Positions 7,318 to 16,900 of a DNA stretch of 64,000 bases are shown piece after piece (position 1 is the first letter of the stretch; each line of letters starts with the position of its first letter). The stretch is from positions 14,778-78,777 of the IMG/VR virus record IMGVR_UViG_3300025838_000035; one strand, written 5' to 3'. The notes beneath the pieces were generated by a model. It did no database searches. It had not been told where the DNA came from and was given only the letters and a program-made list of their open reading frames with translations. Position numbers and translations under genes: made by a program. Source of the DNA: a virus. Its lineage: Duplodnaviria; Caudoviricetes.

Positions 7318-8188
7318 TCTACCACAGACGTTTGTTAATGTGATCAAACGTCCTACTTACTCAAAAGGTAAGTCACACATATCAGCTACTGAGCTGATTA
7401 ACAGTCCCAAGATTGTTGCGCTTAAACGTGAGCATTGGGAAGAGCTAGAGCAAGATGCATCAGAGATGGTGTGGGCACTATTCGGCTCAGCCGTTCACGG
7501 CATATTGGAGCATGGCAAAGGGGATAACCATATCGTTGAAGAGCGCTTGCACATCGAGGTAGATGGTTGGAAGTTATCAGGAGCTATTGATCTACAAGAA
7601 GTTGAAGATGAAGGCATTGTGATCAAGGATTACAAAGTAACTGGCGCATGGGCGGTGATGAATGAGAAACAAGACTGGCACGATCAGCTCAACATATACG
7701 CTTGGTTGGTAGAAGCAGTAAAGAAGAAACCAGTTAAGAAGTGTGAGATTGTTGCCATCATCAGAGATTGGTCAGCTAGAGAGGCGCAGAACAAAGAGGG
7801 CTATCCTCAATCCCCAGTAGCGGTTATTGATATACCGATATGGGATTTTGAGAAGAGAGATACGTTTATCAAAAGCAGAATAGCAGCACATGCATCAGCA
7901 CAGTTTGAACTTGATTCAAACGGGGAACTACCAAATTGCACAGAGTCCGAGATGTGGGAAAAGCCTACACGCTATGCAGTAAAGAAGAAAGGAGGAGTAA
8001 GAGCAAAGAGCGTACATGACACAGAAGAAGACGCACAACACATTCTCAATCAAATGGGCAAAGACTATTTTATTGAGATAAGACAGGGTGAGAGAACGAG
8101 GTGTGAAAGCTATTGCCAAGTAGCACCATTTTGTAAACAGTACAAGGAGTATAAAGATGCCAAGGAAACCAACCAATTGGAGAGCTGA
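7295..8188 (+). CDS. Cas4-like PD-(D/E)xK exonuclease
   Basis: GSAVHGILE, LSGAIDL...IKDYKVT, QLNIYAWL, terminal C..YCQVAPFC Fe-S-type cysteines. Confidence 0.88.
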   Translation: MKLTNKFNLPQTFVNVIKRPTYSKGKSHISATELINSPKIVALKREHWEELEQDASEMVWALFGSAVHGILEHGKGDNHIVEERLHIEVDGWKLSGAIDLQEVEDEGIVIKDYKVTGAWAVMNEKQDWHDQLNIYAWLVEAVKKKPVKKCEIVAIIRDWSAREAQNKEGYPQSPVAVIDIPIWDFEKRDTFIKSRIAAHASAQFELDSNGELPNCTESEMWEKPTRYAVKKKGGVRAKSVHDTEEDAQHILNQMGKDYFIEIRQGERTRCESYCQVAPFCKQYKEYKDAKETNQLES

Positions 8189-8399
8189 ATATATTGAGGC
8201 TAAAAAAATAGGCGAGCTACATAAGCAAGCCAACGATGCACTTCACCTTGAAATGGAGAAACAAATCAAGAACTACGACAAGATGATTGTTGATTCTAAA
8301 CGCTTAAGAGAAATGCTTTACGAGCAAAGAGGCGTAATAGGATTTCTTGAGGCTAAGATTGAAAAGCTAGTGGAGAGTAAAAATGAACATAACGCTTAA
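8157..8399 (+). CDS. Coiled-coil hypothetical protein
   Basis: 80-aa ORF in the operon. Confidence 0.6.
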   Translation: MPRKPTNWRAEYIEAKKIGELHKQANDALHLEMEKQIKNYDKMIVDSKRLREMLYEQRGVIGFLEAKIEKLVESKNEHNA

Positions 8400-8826
8400 C
8401 TTTGAAAACCATAAAGAGCACGTTGATTATTGTTTGCTCATTGTAAGAAGTTTTTATAGTGGCCAATTGATTTCTATTGATGAATTCAAAAGGCTTGAAA
8501 GTTTATACAACGAACAAACTGCATTACTTAATCAAGAAAAACAAAAGTTAATTCATTGGGAGAAACTTTACGGAAAACACAAAAAGACCATAGAAGAAAT
8601 TGAAGAACGAATCAAAAATGCCAAAAAGATAGAGGATATGAATTTAACTTTAAGAACATTCAATTGTTTGAAGGCAGTAAAAGTCAATACAGTTGACGAA
8701 CTGATAAATCATACTGAACAAGAATTGTTAACCATACAAAACTTTGGCAGAAAATCACTTAACGAGGTTAAAGATAAATTAAGAGAAATGAATCTTTCTC
8801 TATTATCAAGAAGGGTAAATACATGA
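8383..8826 (+). CDS. Protein with RNA polymerase alpha-CTD domain
   Basis: IEDMNLTLRTFNCLK...ELLTIQNFGRKSLNEVKDKL closely follows the RpoA CTD consensus. Confidence 0.88.
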   Translation: MNITLNFENHKEHVDYCLLIVRSFYSGQLISIDEFKRLESLYNEQTALLNQEKQKLIHWEKLYGKHKKTIEEIEERIKNAKKIEDMNLTLRTFNCLKAVKVNTVDELINHTEQELLTIQNFGRKSLNEVKDKLREMNLSLLSRRVNT

Positions 8827-9506
8827 CTGTACATAAAAAACTAATGCAAGCTAGAGTTAAATTACTCGACACAAAGCTTGAGAAGTCTGGCCACAACAAG
8901 TTTGCAGGCTATAAGTATTTTGAATTGGGGGACTTCTTGCCTCCCACTACAAGGATATTTAACGAGCTTGGACTATGCGGTGTGATCACGTTCACAACAG
9001 AGTACGCTACGCTTAACATCACAGACGTTGACGATGGATCAATGATTGTCATCACTTCACCTATGGCCCATGCGGAGCTCAAAGGCGCACACGACATTCA
9101 AAATCTTGGTGCTTGCGAAACCTACCAAAGAAGATACCTATGGTCTGCTGCGATGGAGCTCACAGAGAATGACCCTATTGATGCGACTGCTGGATCAGAA
9201 CCACCACCTAAGCCAAAGGCAGAACACAAACCCAAAGCTCCTCCTGTTATAGAAGGTAAACCTGGCGAATGGCAAATCAAGATCGAATCCAAGACAGACG
9301 ATATTGACGTATGGGCAGACGTAGTGATCGAAGCTGCGGTCATGTTGGCGGAAACGGCTAAAGAACCCCAACATGTAACAAAGATCTATCAGGTCAACAA
9401 GACCATCATGGACGCCTTGAAAGAGGCTAAAAAAGATAGATTCGATCAACTCATGCTAGATTTCAAGAACATCAAAGACAAACTTACAGAGGCACAAAAT
9501 GGCTAA
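8823..9506 (+). CDS. ERF-family single-strand annealing protein
   Basis: KSGHNKFAGYKYFELGDFLP, QNLGACETYQRRYLW. Confidence 0.88.
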   Translation: MTVHKKLMQARVKLLDTKLEKSGHNKFAGYKYFELGDFLPPTTRIFNELGLCGVITFTTEYATLNITDVDDGSMIVITSPMAHAELKGAHDIQNLGACETYQRRYLWSAAMELTENDPIDATAGSEPPPKPKAEHKPKAPPVIEGKPGEWQIKIESKTDDIDVWADVVIEAAVMLAETAKEPQHVTKIYQVNKTIMDALKEAKKDRFDQLMLDFKNIKDKLTEAQNG

Positions 9507-9789
9507 TCAATTTCCCAATAGCGGTAAACTTTCCCCAAACAAGTACAAAGACAATCCAAAGAAACCTGATATGACAGGTGAATTGGTAATGACCAAAGAC
9601 GCCATCAAAGAGCTATTGGCAGAAAGCCCTGCTGATGAAGTCACCATCAAGCTAGGCGCATGGAAGATGCAAGGTGCTAATGGAGAATGGGTACGCTTAT
9701 CATGGAATAACTACAAGCCCAAAGCACCAGTTAATCCATACGTTCAGCCCAAGCAAGACACATTAGATGACTCGGATATTCCCTTTTGA
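9499..9789 (+). CDS. Single-stranded DNA-binding protein (short phage type)
   Basis: NSGKL...KKPDMTG...GAW and acidic DDSDIPF tail; follows ERF. Confidence 0.75.
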   Translation: MANQFPNSGKLSPNKYKDNPKKPDMTGELVMTKDAIKELLAESPADEVTIKLGAWKMQGANGEWVRLSWNNYKPKAPVNPYVQPKQDTLDDSDIPF

Positions 9790-10202
9790 CCATGCAAACG
9801 ATTCAATATGAGGCAATCAAGGTAGCATTAAAGCAAGATAAGACTGGCTTTATGCTCACCTTGAACATACACCCAGACGATATACCTGATGATCTTGTGC
9901 GTGACTTTGTAGGCGCAAGGTATCAGGTAGTTATGGTTCGGCTTGACGCTGAAGACAAACCAATGGATAGAAAAGAGAACATGCGTGATCCAGTCAGACT
10001 GGCAGGCATACTCTGTAAAGATCCTCTGTTCCATGAATTCTTACATGAATCAGGAAACATCTTTGTGAAAGACGAAGACTCAGTAGTCAAATGGTTGAGA
10101 GAGGAACTAAAGATCCTTTCTCGCACCGAGCTCAAGCACAACATAGAAGCTGCAAAGCAACTATTTACAATCAATGAGGAATTCAAAGCATGGAAAAACT
10201 GA
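9786..10202 (+). CDS. Hypothetical protein
   Basis: 138-aa coupled ORF. Confidence 0.7.
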   Translation: MTMQTIQYEAIKVALKQDKTGFMLTLNIHPDDIPDDLVRDFVGARYQVVMVRLDAEDKPMDRKENMRDPVRLAGILCKDPLFHEFLHESGNIFVKDEDSVVKWLREELKILSRTELKHNIEAAKQLFTINEEFKAWKN

Positions 10203-10492
10203 TTCCGTATTCAGTCCATTTGCCTGAAGATATCTATATCCAAATGAAAGCCGCTGCTGGAGAACGAAAGGGCTCAGCATTGATCAGAGAGGCGCTAACG
10301 TCTTATCTGTCGGGCGGTTCAGAGCTTGAAGCTGGATATACAAAAGGCATTAACGACTGCATCAAGGTAATCCTGAAGGATCCTTTTCTTTCAGGATTGT
10401 CCATCAAGAACAAGGCAATGGACTTGCACTTGGCATCACAACTCCAATCACTTCATAGGAAAAGCAATGGCAAGAAAAAAAGAGGGGATTGA
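10190..10492 (+). CDS. Ribbon-helix-helix DNA-binding protein
   Basis: YSVHLPEDIY...SALIREALTSYL, CopG/Arc-like pattern. Confidence 0.65.
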   Translation: MEKLIPYSVHLPEDIYIQMKAAAGERKGSALIREALTSYLSGGSELEAGYTKGINDCIKVILKDPFLSGLSIKNKAMDLHLASQLQSLHRKSNGKKKRGD

Positions 10493-10667
10493 ATTGCTAC
10501 GCCCCAAGCAAGACCCTGTACCAATAGAACAGATCACTCTATTGGATTGGTATGCAGCCTTTGGAGCTAACTGTATCAGCATGATACATGACGATCCAGA
10601 GCTGAACGCCAAAGCGGTGTTTGAATTTGCAGACGCTTGTTTGCGTGAACGAGCACTAAGAGTTTGA
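10467..10667 (+). CDS. Small protein (LxDWxA family), distant paralog of 62718-62930
   Basis: TLLDWYAAFG...FEFADACLRER. Confidence 0.6.
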   Translation: MARKKEGIELLRPKQDPVPIEQITLLDWYAAFGANCISMIHDDPELNAKAVFEFADACLRERALRV

Positions 10668-10942
10668 ACAATCAACTAAATGCCAAAGAGAGAGCGTACG
10701 TCAGGCTTGTTAAGAGTCTGCCGTGCTCTGTCTGCGATGCATCAGGCCCAAGTGATGCACACCACGTTAAGCAACATCGTCAATACACCGTTGTTGCCCT
10801 CTGTAAATCATGCCACCAAGGAGCCATCATGGGTTGGCATGGCCAGAAAAGAATGTGGGCTATTAAAAAAATGGACGAGATGGACGCCCTTGATATCACG
10901 ATTCAACGTGCGATCAAGGAGCTTTCTTCAGCGATTTTCTAA
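10664..10942 (+). CDS. HNH-like zinc-binding nuclease (DUF968/Ref-like)
   Basis: LPCSVC...DAHH...VALCKSCHQG. Confidence 0.75.
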   Translation: MNNQLNAKERAYVRLVKSLPCSVCDASGPSDAHHVKQHRQYTVVALCKSCHQGAIMGWHGQKRMWAIKKMDEMDALDITIQRAIKELSSAIF

Positions 10943-13900
10943 TTTCCTCAGCATGTTGTGCAACCTGAGATATCAACAGATCTAAACGTTGAATCTCTTG
11001 TTGCTTCTGCTCCCCAGTCATTGACCTGTTCTGTGGGTTAGCAATCTGTAACTTCTGCTTACGGATACTGGCAATATCCTTGGCAGTCTTATCGTATAGC
11101 TTAGCCAGAGCAATATCGTCTTTCTTCTCAGTCAATATCTCTTTGACCTTTTCCGATTGACCCAACTCGGCATAGTGCCTCATGTCAGCATAAGACTCAG
11201 ATATCCTCTGATTGTTCTGATAGAAGTCAGTTACATAAGTAGACTGTGTTGCAGGCAACTTCTGAACAAAGCCCAAGCTCATGCGCTTAGTCCAGTCAGC
11301 ATCAGGATATACACCATCGTTAAACGGCATCATGGCGTATTGGGAAGTAGTCTCAATCGTACCGCCCAACCACCCCATGTATCCACGGATCATGTAGTCA
11401 ATCTGTACTGGAGAAAGCTCCGTTCCCGCTATGGGAGCAAATACATGGGACACACCACCCAAAGCCTTAGCGATAGCACTTGTATCGTTGCTCACACGCT
11501 CTTGCTTGGATAGACGCTCCATACCAGCAGTCTCGATAGGCGCATTGGTAAATGAATCCTTATTTGCATAAACGTCCACCAAAGGCTTGAAGAACTGAGG
11601 AGTAGGATTCATAGAGAATGTCTGGAAGACCATGCGCTGAATGCTATCTCCAAACACTTTACCCTCTACGCCCTTATCAACGATCTGCTCCAAGCTGCGC
11701 TCAGCCAATGTACCAAATGAGCCAAACTCGAAAGGCTTAGGAATGCGAAACACTTCATTTGTTCCTGGAATCTTGAACCACCAGAAGAAGTCACGATCCC
11801 ATTGCTCACGTTTCTTGAAGTCTTCATCATCTTTGAACGCCATGTACAAAGCCATAGACGCCAAAGTAACTGCGCCTGCGACAGTAGAAAACGACTTGGC
11901 TTTCTGTATATCGTCCTGAATGATTGGCTTACCTGTAGCGGTGTTGTAAAAAACACGAACAGTAGGGTTTATCCCGTCCCGACCAAGCTTGTACAAACCC
12001 TGTAGACGAGCATTCAAGAACGGAACGATCTGAGACAAGTAACGAATAGCGCCTGATGATCCACTCATGGAGAAGTCCATCAAGTCACGAGCTTCGAAAC
12101 TAGCTTCCAAGTGTGTCTTGCCTTCAGCTCTGAGCTTCTTATACAAGGCTATGCGGTTGATGTTCTCTGAACGGTTACCAATCTCTTCATACTTGTGCCA
12201 AAGCTTCTTGAGGAAGTGTTCGACCTTTTCTTTGGTATCGACAATGTTCTCACCGTTCACACCACTAGCAAGCAGTTTCTTAACCACTTGACTGCGATCA
12301 CCCTCTAGCGTTGTTCCGTAGTTGAATACGCCACCACCAGCCAAAGCAGCGATATAAGTAGCGGAACCTGGCTTACTGTCAGCAAAACCATCATAGACAT
12401 TCTTAACAAAGTTGTTGGACAAACCAGACAAACCAGCAGACTGAATCGAATCCTTGATCAAGTTACTGGCTTTAAAGGCAGGAGATAAAGTGACGCCAAA
12501 CCGCAAGTAGTTCTTGAAGTTCCTCATCACATCCAAGACCTTAGACTGTGGCCCAAGGTATGTAATAGCCCCAATAGACTCTAAGAGCATGGGATCATTC
12601 ACATGGAAGTAGGCATCCTTACCATTGATCAAAACCTTAACGGTATCCTTGCCTGAATCCGTCATGCTGACCAAATACTTTTTGCCGTCTTCATCTACAC
12701 GCTCTTGGACAACATCACCGTTTCCTACGATTTTGCCACTTTCAGCAGAGTGAACTGCACCGTCAGCCCAGTAAAGACCAGGCTTCAAGTTAGGAGTAAC
12801 TGCCCCTTGACCAGAGGCATCTTGGATAATCGTGACCGCTGCTTGATTCTTCATCGAGGCAGACAGAATGTGTGACCAGTTACGCATCACGTTTTCCATC
12901 AAATCCCCAAATGGCTTTTCATTCTGACCTTTGAGCATCTTAGAGAATTGCTGATTGGTCAACCTAGACGCAGCTCTAATGGACTCAATCTTTCCATCTT
13001 CCATCGCACGATAGAAAGGAATATAGAAAGCGTCATTGGCAAAGCGCTCATAGGCTTCTTTATCAATCGTCCCTGTATCTAAGGCTACGTCCAGAACAGA
13101 CTTGTTAATGGCCATCATGTCTTTGCGAGCTTGCTCATAAAGCTTAGCCCTAGACACACCATTCAAGTCACCCTTGATCAAGTCATTGCGCTGAGAAACC
13201 ATGCTCGACAAGTTGGGAGAACGCTTTTCATCAGGCAGATTGGCTTCTCTGTTCAAAGCCATCCAGACTTGGAAACGATCTACTTCCTTACCAAGGGGAG
13301 CAAGAGCTTGCATCAAGCCCTTGTGATTGTCCCCAGTTTTAATATTCAAAGCGCCATCATCAAGGAACGCATGGCCATAATGCAAAATACCCTCCAAAGC
13401 TCCGTCAGTAGCCTTGGATAAACGGGCTTGCATGTAGCCGATAGGCGAATAGTCTTTAACCGTCCTCAGCTCATCAACCATCTTCTGAGCCAATGTGTTC
13501 CAGAAGTTACCCTTCATACTTACAACACGATCCAATATCGTCTTATTGGGAGCATAGAACGTACTCTGAATCTGTGACGTTAGCTTAGGATCAACGCCTG
13601 CAAAGGCATCTACATTCATGGGAGAACGCTTCTGTAGGGCTTGCTGAACCTTATCCCCCAAAACACGACCTGCTTCATGGGCGGTCATCATCTTAAGGTA
13701 GTCTTCCTCTTGATGGGATATTGAGTCCGACTCAACATACTTTTGGTAGGAAGGCATATTCATCAAACGATCCATCACACGATCTTGAGGATCCTGATGT
13801 TCGTATAACGCATCCATGATAGCCTGTGGCCTAGACTTGCCTTGAGCAACGCCATTCAGAATAGATGATCTAACCTGACTGGCATCAGCAGTTACATTTG

Positions 13901-16900
13901 TATCAGGAGACAACAACGCAACCGTATGGAGCAGAGGATTTAACTTTGTATCTGATGCAGCGCCCAAGAAGTGTATCGCTTTAGGCTTTACTTCTTTCAG
14001 GAACTGGTCGAGGTCAGCACGGGAAACGGCTTTCTCGTTGGAAGGTATTCCAACAATAAAATTATCCGTGCCTAAGGTTTTGACCAAATGCTTATAAACA
14101 TCAGCCAAAGACATAGCGCCTTTTTGAATTGGAATAATTGGTCTGCTTATATTGAAATTAAGTTCAGCCTGAATCCAATTCTTATGCTTATCAATCAAGT
14201 CCAAAGAGGCTTTTTGATCGCCAACAATGTCAGGCATCACAAATAAAGGTCTTGGATACTCTGATTCCTCTACATCATTTAATCTTTGAATTGCCTCTTC
14301 AATCGCATCATACTTTGCAAGAATGGCATCAAAGTCTAAAGGCTTAGGCTTATTCCCTTTCAACTGTTGCCTGAAATTACTGAACGCACCAGAGTCAACA
14401 AATACTGGCGTCTTCATATTCAAAACAGTATGCGCTATTTGGTTAATCGCATTCTGAGAAATCAAGCCTACGTCCACGCCAATACCGTGATTGGTATGCC
14501 CACTTCTAGCCCGTGTAGCATTTTCAAGATCAGAAATACCACTCATACCAGACGCAAACCGAACTAAGTTTTCTTTGACATGGGCAAGATTCTTTTCTTC
14601 TTCAGTCTCACCAAATAAACTTTGTTGTTGCTTGGCCTGTTCTTTCTTACCAAACCCTTCTAATCTAGGTTGAGTAAATGCAGTAGTAGCTTTCTTGGCT
14701 TTACCCAAGGCATAGCTCTGCTTGATCATTCCATTTTTAAGATCAACCAAGTCGCTGCTCACAATAGAATCTGTGGTGCTAACCAACTTATCCAAGGCAG
14801 TCTCAAACGGCTTAGCAATGCCAAGCAACTCACGGATCAAGGAAACAATGTGATTGAATACAGTCTTTTCCCCGACTTTGATATCGTTCAAGAACTTCTG
14901 TACGCCCTCATCAGTCATACCCCAAGATACAAGCTCGTCCATATTGGACAACGCATTGTTCTTGCCACGCATGAACTCTTGGATAACCAAAGGCAGATCT
15001 GCACCTTTGTTCTTAGCAAACTCAGCGTTATAGTGCCTAACAACTTGGTTATACAAGGTAGCAAGCTCTTTGACCAACGGATCAGTAGACTTCAGGAATC
15101 TCAACTGACCACGGGTAGCAACGTGCAATAGCTCATGCATCACCACCTTGTAGCTCATGCCAGATGGATAGCCCAATTGATTTGCTACGACTGGATGACC
15201 ATTGAGCAATATACGCATGTGCGTATGATCACCATTCTGCCCCCAGTAGAAAGTCGTTACCCCATTAGCATCAAACAACTGACTATTGCGCTGATCTCCG
15301 TCTTGGATCTCAAACTCATAAGTCACGCCTTCTTTAGCCAAAGCCTGAATCCTGTTCAGGACTTTCTGCATCACAAACTTTGTAAACTTATTGGGCGCAT
15401 TGTTGATAGCCCATTGAGCTACCTGAACCATTGACTTGCCCGTCAACTCTTTCTGAATCTTTGCTTGCTCAGAAGTAGGCTTAGGCGCTTGCTCAATAGC
15501 TCCTGTCTTAGACTTTAACGTACCCTCACCAGACTGAGACTTCAATGTCTCAACCCTATCGTGCAACTTGTCCCGAACAGCAGCCATCAAAGCATTATGT
15601 CCCTCACGCTGATAATCAGCTTCTTGAGGGTGTTGATAGCGTACTGCCGTCAATATAGGATCAGGATTGATGCCTAAAGTTTGAGCATTGTCATAGAGCT
15701 CAGGCAATGTCTGACTCTCAAACCAATCCTCAGTAACTGGCCCACGCAAAGCCTTGTCAGCCTCAAACTGACGCTCTTCCTCTGCAACCTGTTGCTCTTT
15801 ATAAGCACCACCAATCTTCTCAATGTCTTCAGGTTTTACCGCATTAGTCGCAATGGCTTGTCTTGCTTCTGCTTGATCTTCATTCTGAATGTAACCAGCC
15901 TGATGCAAAGCTTCAGTAACCTGATCCATCCTGAATCCGTTGGGTCTGAACAAAGGTCTGTTACCAACCTGTTCATTCTTGTCGTAATTCATGTTTGCCA
16001 TTTCGTCTGTATGCAAACCACCACGGCTTGCAACAAACGCCTTAGCACCAATGATAGGCTCACCAGATGCAGTCATGGGTAGACCAATTTGACTCTTTGC
16101 TTCACGATCAAGCTCAGCCTGTGTCTTAGGAGACAGCACAAACTTACCCGCAACCTTGATCATCTTCATGGTCGGATTAAGCTTCTGCGCTGCCTTAGCC
16201 TGAATAGGATTATCAAATGGCACACCGCCATCCTTGATCAGAACGTTATCTTTACCCACATTCAATGGGTGCTCAGAAGCTTTAAAGAACGGCCCTGGAG
16301 CTTTCTTTTCTTTAGGCTCAAAGCCTTGGGCTTGCCAGACTTCTTCAGGCGTCCTAGGCGCAATAAGGTTACCTTCCTTATCCACTTTGGGCTTGGTAGG
16401 CTTGCCCTCTTCTTGAGCTGCTGCTTCGTTGATCGCCTGTTGTTGCTCTAAATCATATTGAACAATGTATGCCTCTTTCTCTTCAGGAGACATAGATGCC
16501 CACTTTTCTTGGGTCATCCGCACCTTTTGAGGAGCATATTTGGCTTCAAATTCCTGTTGCTCATTCAGCGCAACTTGACCGCTAGGCATTACTTTAGGAA
16601 CACCAGCCAATGGAGAATAGCCTAACTGAGGAGGCGTAGCAGCTACTTCTGCTTTATTTAAATTGGGTTGTGGAGCATACTTAGCCTCGAACTGAGACTG
16701 GTTGTACGCATCAAGATCAGCCTGAGTAAGCGCTACCGATCCATCTGGCAAAGCTTGTGGAGTGAATGGCTTATTCATACCAAGAGCTAAAGGCGCAGCA
16801 GGAGGAGGAGCTTCAGGAGGAGCAATCTCTTGTTGTGGTACTTCCAATGGTACTTCAGCAGGAGCTTGGATAGCAGGAGCATTCATCCTAGTCCTGATAC

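Noticed and set aside
7295-8188. Cas4 as evidence of a CRISPR system
   Set aside because: Stand-alone Cas4-like exonuclease in an ERF/SSB recombination operon; no cas1, cas2 or array.
13840-14570. Complete 7-deazaguanine DNA modification pathway
   Set aside because: No folE, queD, queE, queC or gat-queC recognised; only the transglycosylase-like domain is supported.
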